Sequence record: MW349129.1 | DNA length: 64,000 nt | Reading direction: 5' to 3' (one strand) | Shown here: positions 49,144 through 58,530 of the stretch, piece after piece | How positions within the stretch are numbered: position 1 is the first letter of the stretch | Layout: each line of letters begins with the position of its first letter | Translations under genes and position numbers: made by a program | Notes under the pieces: model-generated | What the model was told of the DNA's origin: nothing | The model's database searches: none | The model's input: only the letters and a program-made list of their open reading frames with translations

Positions 49144-50280
49144 ATGGTAATAAAAACAATTGATGAAATTAATAAAGAATTAAATGATAAAAATCTATTT
49201 CTGCTAGAAGAGTACAAAGGAAAAGTTGCGTATGAGCATAAGTTAAAGTGTGGAATCTGTAATACAATATTTGATAAGAAACTTAATTATGTATTTAGAA
49301 ATGAATTAGGGTGTAACGTATGTGCAAAAGAGAAAAGATCTAATACTAGAAGAGGTAAGAATTATCTAGAAAATATGATTGGTAAAGATGAAAATTACAA
49401 GTGGTTGGAAAAATTACCAAAATATATTAAAGATATAAAAAAAGTTAAACTTCGTATATTGCATGAAGATTGTGGTAATGAGTATCTAGTTTCTGTCACA
49501 CAGTTTCAAAAGGGTAAAGGTCGTTGTAAGTTTTGTTATAAAATGAATAATGAAATTATAAATGCACCTTTAAATGAAAATTACCAAAATATCATTAATG
49601 AAAGAAAAGAAGAAAGAACCAAACAGAGAAATGATATTAAAAAAGATAACAGAAGATATAGTAAAGTAAATACTAATATTCTTGAAGAGTCTATTCAAAA
49701 AAGAATGGATGGAAATGAATATGAATGGCTAGAAGAATACTCATATAACAATAAAGATAAACACTTCATAAAGCATAAAAAATGTAATTATGTATACGAA
49801 GTACGTCCTAATGATTTTCAACAAGGTTACAGTTGTCCAAATTGTTCTCGTAAATCTAGTAAAATAGAAAGAAATATTGTAAAGTATCTATCAGAAAATT
49901 CTATTTCATTTGAATTAGAAAGAAAATTAGATGTATATAAATACGATATCTATTTACCTGAAGAAGAGCTTTACATTGAAATTGATGGAGAACAGCATTT
50001 TGACAAAGATAGTACTTGGAATCAGAAAAGTAAAGTAGTAGAAAATGATAAAAAGAAAAATGAATTGATTATTAAAAACAATTTAAAACTATTAAGAATA
50101 GCTTTTCATAGTAAAAAAGATAAAATCAAAGATACAATGGAATTATTTGATTCTTTTATGAATAATGGAAAATTAAATAATAAAAGAATATCTTTATTAA
50201 AAGAAAGTGAAGATGATTTATCAGATTACTATGAATTCAATAACCAAAGATCTATTAGAAATCTATATTGCCGTCATTAA
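49144..50280 (+). CDS. Intron-encoded homing endonuclease (zinc-ribbon repeats plus Vsr/DUF559-like EDxHD-type nuclease domain)
   Basis: Three C/H-x2-C..CxxC units; YDIYLP..YIEIDGEQH..NDKKKN..LLRI. Confidence 0.82.
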   Translation: MVIKTIDEINKELNDKNLFLLEEYKGKVAYEHKLKCGICNTIFDKKLNYVFRNELGCNVCAKEKRSNTRRGKNYLENMIGKDENYKWLEKLPKYIKDIKKVKLRILHEDCGNEYLVSVTQFQKGKGRCKFCYKMNNEIINAPLNENYQNIINERKEERTKQRNDIKKDNRRYSKVNTNILEESIQKRMDGNEYEWLEEYSYNNKDKHFIKHKKCNYVYEVRPNDFQQGYSCPNCSRKSSKIERNIVKYLSENSISFELERKLDVYKYDIYLPEEELYIEIDGEQHFDKDSTWNQKSKVVENDKKKNELIIKNNLKLLRIAFHSKKDKIKDTMELFDSFMNNGKLNNKRISLLKESEDDLSDYYEFNNQRSIRNLYCRH

Positions 50281-50549
50281 ACCTTTTGAACTGCTGGAAG
50301 TTTTCTATAATTTAATTAACTACAAAGTAACTGGAAACGGTAAGCTTGAATGTCTGAAAATAATTAAATTGAAATAATCAGCATCGAAGATCCTTTAAAA
50401 TGGATAACGTTCAACGACTATCGAAAAGTGAGCTTTATGTCGAGAGGACCTATTGCAATATAACTGAGTAGAGTAGGGATATGGGGAATCCCGAAGCGGA
50501 AGGGAGTATATAGTAACGCATATACTTATGATATAGTCTAATACAAATG

Positions 50550-50708
50550 GATATGATCTCTATAAGATCTCTTTGGACAGTAGAAGCAAATAAAGAAGCT
50601 AATAAACTTCTTAATAAGAAAACTAACTATCTAAACTACACTGGTAATTCAGTACGTAATTTGGGTAATGAGAGTGTACAAGCTTTATACTCTTTAACTA
50701 AAGAATAA
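50550..50708 (+). CDS. rpoC: RNA polymerase beta-prime subunit, exon 2
   Basis: DMISIRSLWTVEANKEA..ESVQALYSLTKE*; completes GADFDGD; spliced protein is 503 aa; absent from the ORF track. Confidence 0.88.
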   Translation, partial: DMISIRSLWTVEANKEANKLLNKKTNYLNYTGNSVRNLGNESVQALYSLTKE

Positions 50709-50719
50709 TTTAAAAAACT

Positions 50720-50750
50720 GAGGTAACGGACAATTATAGTTCGTTACCTC
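50720..50750 (+). terminator. Terminator after the RNAP gene
   Basis: GAGGTAACG / CGTTACCTC. Confidence 0.7.
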
Positions 50751-50784
50751 TATTATATTGCAAAAATGTATCTAATGATATTTT

Positions 50785-50804
50785 AAATATATATTATAAT
50801 TATG
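50785..50804 (+). promoter_or_regulatory. Putative early promoter
   Basis: AAATATATATTAT-AATTAT-G plus hairpin AGTTGAT/ATCAACT. Confidence 0.7.
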
Positions 50805-50854
50805 AAGTTGATAATTATTAATCAACTAATTTAAATAAAAAAGGATGATAAATT

Positions 50855-51151
50855 ATGACAATCAAAATTATTAAAAATGAAATGCTACAGGAAGCTGTAG
50901 AAGGAAAAGAGAATAACGGTGGAGGTTACGAACATACTCGTACTGTTTTCGAATTCCAAGGAAAACAAGGAGTTTTCGAAGACACTTCTTGTGGTGATTT
51001 CGGTAGCAGATTCTTCATGGAATGGGATGGAAAAATGGCTATGTGGGGAAGTATGATTGATGAAGAATTCGAATACAGTGAATTCGATGAACAAGAACAA
51101 TCAGAACTTCTAAAGCATTTTAGTGTTCCTGTTTTTGAAGAAACAATCTAG
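50855..51151 (+). CDS. Small acidic early protein (monocistronic)
   Basis: About 22 D/E versus 8 K/R in 98 aa; own promoter and terminator. Confidence 0.85.
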   Translation: MTIKIIKNEMLQEAVEGKENNGGGYEHTRTVFEFQGKQGVFEDTSCGDFGSRFFMEWDGKMAMWGSMIDEEFEYSEFDEQEQSELLKHFSVPVFEETI

Positions 51152-51176
51152 GACATTAATGTCCTAGATTTCTTTT
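51145..51176 (+). terminator. Intrinsic terminator
   Basis: AATCTAGGACA-TTAA-TGTCCTAGATT then T-run. Confidence 0.8.
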
Positions 51177-51209
51177 ATTTTTTTTCTAAAAATATTCTAT
51201 TTTATGATT

Positions 51210-51229
51210 AAATATATATTATAAAAATA
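51210..51229 (+). promoter_or_regulatory. Putative early promoter
   Basis: AAATATATATTAT-AAAAAT-A. Confidence 0.65.
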
Positions 51230-51308
51230 GATGCAATTAAATATATTGAAAGATGTTGTTTTATATGTAAAGTTTTAGAAGAATTTAATAAGGGAGCTGA
51301 AATAGATA

Positions 51309-51791
51309 ATGATATATTACAAAAATAAAGTAAATAATGAAATATATGAAGTTAATAATATTCATAGAAAGGATGATGCTTTTTATTATGTGTTTGGTAA
51401 TGAATTTAAAAAAGAAAGAATGGAATTATATGAATCAGTGGGTAAAAAAATTGATTTATTTGATAAAGATAAAGGACATAAAGAATTAAACTTCCAATTA
51501 AATTATGACTCATCTAGATTATTTTTAGTTACACATATGAAATATGATAATAATAATCCTTTTGCACCTAAAGTAGTAGATTTAAAGAATCAAAATCTTG
51601 TCTCATCTGATTCTTCAGAAGATCTTTACTATATATTATATAAAAGAATGTGTAATGCAATAGATATACCTTTATTAAATTATAATATATTATTAAAAGA
51701 ATTTAATTTTGATAATGAAGACATATTTAAAATAATACCAGAAGATTGTAAAGAAGTAAAAGATTTTAAAATTAGAAATCTTTTTAAATAA
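51309..51791 (+). CDS. Tag-family protein (paralog of 52519-53010)
   Basis: MIYYKNKVNNEIYEV...IRNLFK. Confidence 0.85.
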   Translation: MIYYKNKVNNEIYEVNNIHRKDDAFYYVFGNEFKKERMELYESVGKKIDLFDKDKGHKELNFQLNYDSSRLFLVTHMKYDNNNPFAPKVVDLKNQNLVSSDSSEDLYYILYKRMCNAIDIPLLNYNILLKEFNFDNEDIFKIIPEDCKEVKDFKIRNLFK

Positions 51792-51806
51792 AAGGAGAAA
51801 TTTTAA

Positions 51807-52508
51807 ATGGAAAATATTAAATTGTATAAAAATCTAGAAAATGGTAATAAATTTACTTTATCTAAAGATGAAATTAATAATGGTAGATTTCTTTATAAAG
51901 TCATGAAACAAATAAAAAGTAATTTTTACCCATATTATAATTATGAAGACCAACCCATTACAACCAATGGAAACTCTTATTTAATTAATGAACAAATGAA
52001 TTTTCATTTTTATACACATTCAGATATTATTATAAATTTTAAAAATTTAATTGGAGTAGACGAAGATATAATAATTAAAATTAATGAAAATAAAGAAAGA
52101 AATAATTCAGCTTCAATTGTTTGTTTCTCTGATTCCAATACAGATAATGATGGAATTTATGAAAATATATTTCAAATTGTTTTAAATACAAAAAAGGCTA
52201 AGAAAATAAATCGTATGCTAAATAAATATGAAAGTGATAAATATAAAATATCTTCTCATACAATGGATAAAAATGAAGTAAATTTTAAAGTCAAATTTAA
52301 ACAAGATTATTTGTCTGATAAGAATAATGACGTTTATGATTCTCTAGATGAATTGATATATTATATATTAAAGGACCTTAGAATTAAGATCGACAATTCG
52401 TATATGTATTTTATGGATTATCTAAGATGGAATTTGGAATTTATTGCTGAAGAAATTACTGATGAGGAAGAAATTAAAAAATACTTAATTAAAGAAAAAT
52501 TTAAATAA
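51807..52508 (+). CDS. Tag-family protein
   Basis: Ends EEITDEEEIKKYLIKEKFK. Confidence 0.85.
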   Translation: MENIKLYKNLENGNKFTLSKDEINNGRFLYKVMKQIKSNFYPYYNYEDQPITTNGNSYLINEQMNFHFYTHSDIIINFKNLIGVDEDIIIKINENKERNNSASIVCFSDSNTDNDGIYENIFQIVLNTKKAKKINRMLNKYESDKYKISSHTMDKNEVNFKVKFKQDYLSDKNNDVYDSLDELIYYILKDLRIKIDNSYMYFMDYLRWNLEFIAEEITDEEEIKKYLIKEKFK

Positions 52509-52518
52509 GGAAGTGTAA

Positions 52519-53010
52519 ATGGATATGATATATTACAAAAATAAAGTAAATGGTGAAATATATGAAGTTAATAATATTCATAGAAAAGATGATGCATTTT
52601 ATTATGTATTCAATAATGAATTTAAAAAAGAGAATTCGTCTTTTTATAAATCTTATGGTAAAAAGATTGATTTATATGATGAAGACGTAGGAAGTATAAA
52701 ATTGGAGTTTTTCTTAATTTATGATTTTATTAATCTTCATTTAACTACACACTTTTCTTGGGATTTTAATAATATTCCTTTTATACCTAAAAATATAGAA
52801 TTAACAAATCAAAATCTTGTCATATCAGACTCTTCAATTGATCTTTATTATTTATTCTATAAAAGAATATGTGATGTGATAGATATAAATATGGCACATT
52901 ATAATATTCCATTAGGAAAATTTAATTTTGATAATGGAGATATATTTGAAATAATATCAGAAGATTGCAAAGAAGTAAAAGATCTTAAAGTTAGAAATCA
53001 TTTTAGATAA
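52519..53010 (+). CDS. Tag-family protein (paralog of 51309-51791)
   Basis: MIYYKNKVNGEIYEV...VRNHFR. Confidence 0.85.
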   Translation: MDMIYYKNKVNGEIYEVNNIHRKDDAFYYVFNNEFKKENSSFYKSYGKKIDLYDEDVGSIKLEFFLIYDFINLHLTTHFSWDFNNIPFIPKNIELTNQNLVISDSSIDLYYLFYKRICDVIDINMAHYNIPLGKFNFDNGDIFEIISEDCKEVKDLKVRNHFR

Positions 53011-53015
53011 GGAGA

Positions 53016-53201
53016 TTGATAAATATGAGAAAAGAAATTAGAAAAAATGAAAGTAAACAATTGACTTTACAAGAAAAATGGGAAATTGATGCAGAATTAT
53101 ACAGAGAGAAAAATAAAGACAAGAAAAAAATAAAAGGGCCAATTATAGGAAAGAAAGTTTCTAAAGAAGAAATGGAAAGAATCTTAAAAGGAGAAGAATA
53201 A
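53016..53201 (+). CDS. Small charged protein, no tag
   Basis: AAGGAG SD. Confidence 0.7.
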   Translation: MINMRKEIRKNESKQLTLQEKWEIDAELYREKNKDKKKIKGPIIGKKVSKEEMERILKGEE

Positions 53202-53202
53202 A

Positions 53203-53856
53203 ATGTTTAATCACAATATCTTACTATATAAACCTATTAGCATTGATTATAATGATTTTATTGAGTTAAACAAAGAAAAATATAAAAATGATAGAGAATA
53301 TATTAAAATGATAAATGTATTTAACTTAATGGAACTGTTAAAAATAGACTCTTTTAAAGATAAAACTTTCTTTGAAACTGAATGTAAATTAAAATTAAGA
53401 GGTTATGATGAATATAAAAATATAAAAGTGGTTTACAATCAATCATTAGACAGTGATCCAATATTCTCTAATTTAAAAAACTTTAATGCAGAATTAGATA
53501 TTATAAGTAAAGAAAGAGATAATACTTATATGACTGAAGAATTATTATATGAATACAATATGATGAAAATGAGCACATGTATAAATGATAAAGCTAACAC
53601 TATTACAATTAAAATAAAAAATTTCATTAATTCAAATAAAGAAAATTTTAATAACGATTTTGAATTCCTTATTAAAGAATTTGAAAATAATTTATTAAAG
53701 AATTTAACAGACCTCCATAAATATGAAGACTTACAACTTCTAATTAATAATGAATATCACAGTTTAAAAGATATTAGTGTATATAATGAAAAAATATTTA
53801 GACCTGCTACTGATAAAGAGTTTAAGAATTATTTAGTTAAAAAAGGATTTAGATGA
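53203..53856 (+). CDS. Tag-family protein
   Basis: Ends TDKEFKNYLVKKGFR. Confidence 0.85.
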   Translation: MFNHNILLYKPISIDYNDFIELNKEKYKNDREYIKMINVFNLMELLKIDSFKDKTFFETECKLKLRGYDEYKNIKVVYNQSLDSDPIFSNLKNFNAELDIISKERDNTYMTEELLYEYNMMKMSTCINDKANTITIKIKNFINSNKENFNNDFEFLIKEFENNLLKNLTDLHKYEDLQLLINNEYHSLKDISVYNEKIFRPATDKEFKNYLVKKGFR

Positions 53857-53867
53857 AAATATGTATT

Positions 53868-53887
53868 AAATATATATTATAAAAATG
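53868..53887 (+). promoter_or_regulatory. Putative early promoter
   Basis: AAATATATATTAT-AAAAAT-G; perfect 14-bp hairpin at 53887-53917. Confidence 0.75.
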
Positions 53888-53949
53888 AGATAATGAATTA
53901 ATATAATTCATTATCTCTATATTAATTTAATTAGGAGAGTGAAAAAGAT

Positions 53950-54558
53950 ATGGATTTAAAAGAGAATAAATTTTATTATAATAAAGATATTAATGAGCTT
54001 TTTATAATTGGTAAGGATGAAAGTGATATTAACGATAAGATAAATAAATTCTATTATAAAAAATTATTAGAAAAAAATTTAGATTATCATGGTTTAATTA
54101 ATAATCTTTATTATAATAGAAATATAAATTTTGATTTAATGGATGATGACGATATATATTTTAGTAATATGTATAATGGAATTAGAGAATATATTAAGGT
54201 GAGTTATGTAGAATTTTCATGTACAAATTTTGAAGATAATGAAGTAATATTACAGTTAGATACTTTTATTGATAAAAGCAATGATAAAAATCTTTTAGAA
54301 GTTCATAAAAATTCGCATGGTGTTACCATAACAATGGTAAAAGGTTTTTATGAAAAAGATCTTATAAATTATAATGAATACAAAAATATTTTAGACAAAT
54401 TATCTGGTCTGTTTGACACAATGCTTAAAGAAGAAAATGATGGAAATATTAAAATCTTTATAAATGATATTGATATATTTGAACCTTATGCATATTTTAG
54501 AGAGTTAGAAGACGAAAGAGGAATTAAAAATATTTTGGTTAAGAAAAATTTTATATAA
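53950..54558 (+). CDS. Tag-family protein
   Basis: Ends ELEDERGIKNILVKKNFI. Confidence 0.85.
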   Translation: MDLKENKFYYNKDINELFIIGKDESDINDKINKFYYKKLLEKNLDYHGLINNLYYNRNINFDLMDDDDIYFSNMYNGIREYIKVSYVEFSCTNFEDNEVILQLDTFIDKSNDKNLLEVHKNSHGVTITMVKGFYEKDLINYNEYKNILDKLSGLFDTMLKEENDGNIKIFINDIDIFEPYAYFRELEDERGIKNILVKKNFI

Positions 54559-54572
54559 AGGAGATAGATATA

Positions 54573-55193
54573 ATGGATGTAAATGAATATATAAATAATC
54601 ATGATTTTTATAGAGTTGGGAATGACGGTCAAGTATTTGTATTTAATAAAGATATATCAAAAGATGAATTAAATTCTAAAATATTTTCTAAATTATTTGC
54701 ATGCGAAAATATAGGAATTTTATTGTCTGAATATGGTTATTATGTAATAGATGAATATAATGTATTCTTAAGAAATAATGATAAAATATTATTAGTTGAA
54801 AATATGACTATTGATCTAAGTTTAATTAAAGATGATCTAATTGAATTAAATTTTACATTAATTATTAAATCTAGTCTTCCTTCAAAAATTGGCCCTTTTG
54901 AAAAAGATAATCATGATCCTTTTTATTATTATAATACTATTATTCAAATAGAAAATAAAGATAACTTTCAACATGAATTAATTTCTCATATAACAAATCA
55001 TTTTAATAAAATGAGCGATGTTGATTTAATGCTTTTAACTACTAAAAATGAAATTAAATTTAATAAAGATTATAGCGTTAATAAAAAATGTATTGATTTT
55101 AAATGTAATTTTAATGAAATTTATAAAATACTTAATAAATTAGAAGATGAAAAAGAAATTAAAAAATATCTAACTAAAGAAAATTTTAAATAA
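54573..55193 (+). CDS. Tag-family protein
   Basis: Ends LEDEKEIKKYLTKENFK. Confidence 0.85.
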   Translation: MDVNEYINNHDFYRVGNDGQVFVFNKDISKDELNSKIFSKLFACENIGILLSEYGYYVIDEYNVFLRNNDKILLVENMTIDLSLIKDDLIELNFTLIIKSSLPSKIGPFEKDNHDPFYYYNTIIQIENKDNFQHELISHITNHFNKMSDVDLMLLTTKNEIKFNKDYSVNKKCIDFKCNFNEIYKILNKLEDEKEIKKYLTKENFK

Positions 55194-55206
55194 GGATGAA
55201 ATAAAT

Positions 55207-55770
55207 ATGAATTTAGATAATATTGTAATATTAAAAAAGAAAAATGATGGTGAATTTGACAATAACAAATTTATAGAATTTAATCATAATAATATTAATA
55301 ATGATGAAATATTAAGTCTTTCTTTAATTACTCTATATACAAGCGTGTATGCATTTTATATAAAAAGTGATATGAAATATGACAATTTTGTTAGTTATTT
55401 AGCTAATTTTTATTTAGAAATAGATGGGTATTTAAAAGGACCTTTAAATATAACACATGATGAAAATAATAGAATGCTTATAATTTATAAAGGAAGACTA
55501 CCACAAGATATTTTCAAAGTTAGAGAATTTAACGTAAATACTAAATTATATGCGTATTTAATTAAAGGTGATAATTACGATACGGTAGAAGATGATCTAA
55601 TCAAATCAGTAATCAATGGATCAGAATATATAATAAACAGTGAAAGAATTAAACCAAAAATTATTATCAATGGATTATATAAGGATATTACAAATGTATT
55701 AAATTATTTTGAAAAACTTACCGATGAAAGAGAAATTAAAAATTACTTAGTTCAGAAAGGATTTATATAA
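55207..55770 (+). CDS. Tag-family protein
   Basis: Ends LTDEREIKNYLVQKGFI. Confidence 0.85.
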   Translation: MNLDNIVILKKKNDGEFDNNKFIEFNHNNINNDEILSLSLITLYTSVYAFYIKSDMKYDNFVSYLANFYLEIDGYLKGPLNITHDENNRMLIIYKGRLPQDIFKVREFNVNTKLYAYLIKGDNYDTVEDDLIKSVINGSEYIINSERIKPKIIINGLYKDITNVLNYFEKLTDEREIKNYLVQKGFI

Positions 55771-55787
55771 AATAAGGAGGATTAAAA

Positions 55788-56411
55788 TTGGATAAGACAT
55801 TATATGTATCAGATATATTAGATGAAAAAATTATAGGAAGAAAGGATCTTAATAAAGATGAACTTTTTGATTTGTCATTTAATACAATTTTAAATAATTC
55901 TGATGACAATAGATTTAATAAAGAAGGATTTAGTTTAATGTTAACGTTTTCAAAAGGATTAATTTTAAAATTTGATTATACAGACAAATATTTTTATGTG
56001 AAAGATTTTATATTTTTAATAGAAAAAGTTGATGGCAACTATGAATTTAATTTTACATTAAGTATTCCAGAATTTACAGACAGTAAAATTGAAATTGGAT
56101 TAGGAATTTTTGAATCTGAAAAAGGTCATAGAGAATTTTATTTTAATGATTTTTCTTGTTATAAAGAAGGAAAAACTTTATTAGAAAGAGCTAAAGAATA
56201 TTTAACGGATGATATTTTTAATAATTATGGATTAAGTATCAATATTTTTACATTGAAAAATAAAAATAGAATTTTGTCAGATTATGATTTTGTCATAAAT
56301 AATAATGATATAGATGAGATTTACAGTTTAAAAAATATAGACAAATTATTTAAAGAAGTAACAAATGAGAAAGAAATTAAAAACTATTTAACTAAAGAAA
56401 ATTTTAAGTAG
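55788..56411 (+). CDS. Tag-family protein
   Basis: Ends EVTNEKEIKNYLTKENFK; TTG start behind AAGGAGG. Confidence 0.85.
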   Translation: MDKTLYVSDILDEKIIGRKDLNKDELFDLSFNTILNNSDDNRFNKEGFSLMLTFSKGLILKFDYTDKYFYVKDFIFLIEKVDGNYEFNFTLSIPEFTDSKIEIGLGIFESEKGHREFYFNDFSCYKEGKTLLERAKEYLTDDIFNNYGLSINIFTLKNKNRILSDYDFVINNNDIDEIYSLKNIDKLFKEVTNEKEIKNYLTKENFK

Positions 56412-56456
56412 AGTGAAGTAAAAATAATTATTTAATTCAGAAAGGGTTTAGTTAAT

Positions 56457-57059
56457 ATGGAAATGAATTTAGATTCTTATGAATATTATTATAATGATGA
56501 TGAAAAAGTTTTAGCTAAAACACCAGTTGATATATCAAAAGAAACTACTAATAAAAAGATTTCAATTGAATACTATAAAAATATATTTAAAAAAGATTTT
56601 TATCTGTTTCGTAAACAAATTATTGGAACTCATGTAATATTCGACAGTGATTCTTTGCATAAAATAATTAATAAGAGTGATGGAACATCTGTACCAGGAT
56701 TTAATTTATTATTAGATTTTGAAGTTCTTAGTGTTTCAAGAGAAATTATCTTGAAACTAAGTTTTTCAATTAATGATTCTAAATTCTTTAAAACATTTGA
56801 TAAAAGTAAAGATATTTTAGAATTTTCAAAAATGAGTTCTATATATTACGATCATGTAGAGGATAACCTTGAAGATAAAATGGCATATTTATTAGCTAAA
56901 CTATTCTTTGATATGCATGTGAATGAGAATGAAGATATCGAAATTTATTTAGAGGATAAATTTAATGAAATGTTAGATATATCTAAACCGTATAAATACT
57001 TTAGATTGTTAAATGAAAAAGAAGTTAAAAAACACTTAACAAGAGAAGGATTTAAATAA
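56457..57059 (+). CDS. Tag-family protein
   Basis: Ends LNEKEVKKHLTREGFK. Confidence 0.85.
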   Translation: MEMNLDSYEYYYNDDEKVLAKTPVDISKETTNKKISIEYYKNIFKKDFYLFRKQIIGTHVIFDSDSLHKIINKSDGTSVPGFNLLLDFEVLSVSREIILKLSFSINDSKFFKTFDKSKDILEFSKMSSIYYDHVEDNLEDKMAYLLAKLFFDMHVNENEDIEIYLEDKFNEMLDISKPYKYFRLLNEKEVKKHLTREGFK

Positions 57060-57130
57060 ACATTTTTAATGAATTTAATTAACTTTCTTTTATATTAATA
57101 AATATAATGAAAGAGAGTTGAATAAGATAA

Positions 57131-57910
57131 ATGTCTGAAACTAATGAAATTGATTTAATATCACAAATCAATGATATGATGGATGAGTATAAAATGTTAG
57201 TTAAATTTAAAGATAAAATGGAAAATAAAGAAATTCAATTAGAAAATCGTATACAGGATTTAACTAAGAATCTGAAATATCCTAAACATACATTCGTATC
57301 TAATATGGAAGCTAATATTATCAGTGTAGAAAAAGAAATTAAAGATACTATTATGCAAATGAAAAATGTTAAAAAAGATATTATTGACTTAACTATGAAA
57401 GCTCAGAAAATGGCTGAAGATGATGAATCTGAAGATAATTACAAAACTCTTGCTAAAAATGTACTTAATGAGCTTAATAATATGTCTAATAAAGATATTC
57501 TAAACAGTATGATGGAACCTGAAGAAGTAAATGATGAAGATACTGATTTTAGTGAAGAATTGGATGCGAAATTATCACAATTAGATGAAGAAGAGAAATC
57601 TATTAATAAAGAAGTAGATCAAAAAGAAGAATTAAGCGAAGAAATTAATGAACTAGACCAACAAGATTTATCTTCTATATTAAAAGTCTATAAAGGCACA
57701 TTACAATTCTTTGTTATAGGAGATTCTCCTGAAGAATATGAATTAGTAGTTGCTGATATGGATATGAATATTATTGAAGAAGATGAAATGAAAGATGAAT
57801 ACCCAGAGTTATTTACTATGACTAGAGATCTATTATTTGAAGATGTTGAAGGTAATGATGAAATAGTTACAGATGATTTTGGAAATATTTATCAAAAAGC
57901 AGAATTTTAA
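57131..57910 (+). CDS. Acidic coiled-coil protein
   Basis: 259 aa, heptad N-terminal half, D/E-rich C-terminal half. Confidence 0.85.
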   Translation: MSETNEIDLISQINDMMDEYKMLVKFKDKMENKEIQLENRIQDLTKNLKYPKHTFVSNMEANIISVEKEIKDTIMQMKNVKKDIIDLTMKAQKMAEDDESEDNYKTLAKNVLNELNNMSNKDILNSMMEPEEVNDEDTDFSEELDAKLSQLDEEEKSINKEVDQKEELSEEINELDQQDLSSILKVYKGTLQFFVIGDSPEEYELVVADMDMNIIEEDEMKDEYPELFTMTRDLLFEDVEGNDEIVTDDFGNIYQKAEF

Positions 57911-57920
57911 ATTATTTTAC

Positions 57921-57951
57921 CCCATAATATATTAATACAATATATTATGGG
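57921..57951 (+). terminator. Stem-loop/terminator
   Basis: CCCATAATATATT / AATATATTATGGG. Confidence 0.7.
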
Positions 57952-57980
57952 TATTTATTATATAGGAGAGTGAAATAGAT

Positions 57981-58106
57981 ATGTTAAAAAGATTATACAA
58001 TTTATTAACTAAGAAAAAATTTGAAAAGAGATTATACGACTTTAGATTTAATTATCAAGATCATGAACATCTAAATCAAGTTCATAGAGATTCAAATAAT
58101 ATATAA
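57981..58106 (+). CDS. 41-aa microprotein missing from the ORF track
   Basis: AGGAG SD; MLKRLYNLLTKKKFEKRLYDFRFNYQDHEHLNQVHRDSNNI*. Confidence 0.6.
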   Translation: MLKRLYNLLTKKKFEKRLYDFRFNYQDHEHLNQVHRDSNNI

Positions 58107-58125
58107 TATGAAAGGATGATTATTA

Positions 58126-58527
58126 ATGTTATCAGAATATAGATTAAATTCAAGTAAAGAAAATATTAAACAGCTATTAAGAGATTATGGTTTTAAAAAG
58201 GACTCTTATACTAAAGCTTTATTATATAGAAAACGTGTAACTGATCCAAATGATATTTTATTCATAGTAGCTGAAGTAGTTATTGAAACTAATTCAGATC
58301 TAGTTAAATTAAATTACTATGATAGTAAACATAATAGATTTAATCCTTCTAATGAATCACCAGAAGTTCAAAAGGGATTAAGTATATTAGAAGATATGAA
58401 AGAAAAAGAATTATTAATTGAACCAGAATTAACTCGAAATGAAGAAGAAAAAGAAGTTCTTGATAAACTTAAAAAACAACGTGAAGAAATGGAAAATGGT
58501 CAAGTATCACCCAATTCTGAAAATTAG
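58126..58527 (+). CDS. Hypothetical protein
   Basis: GAAAGGA SD. Confidence 0.8.
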   Translation: MLSEYRLNSSKENIKQLLRDYGFKKDSYTKALLYRKRVTDPNDILFIVAEVVIETNSDLVKLNYYDSKHNRFNPSNESPEVQKGLSILEDMKEKELLIEPELTRNEEEKEVLDKLKKQREEMENGQVSPNSEN

Positions 58528-58530
58528 AAT

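Larger units (their letters stand above)
49078..50549 (+). mobile_element. Group I intron (1472 nt) splitting the DFDG/D motif, with a homing endonuclease in L1
   Basis: Core at about 50270-50549: AACTGCTGG, AATCAGCA, GTTCAACGACTA, GATATAGTCT; IGS GCCGTC (50270-50275) pairs with exon GACGGT; terminal G at 50549. Confidence 0.92.
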
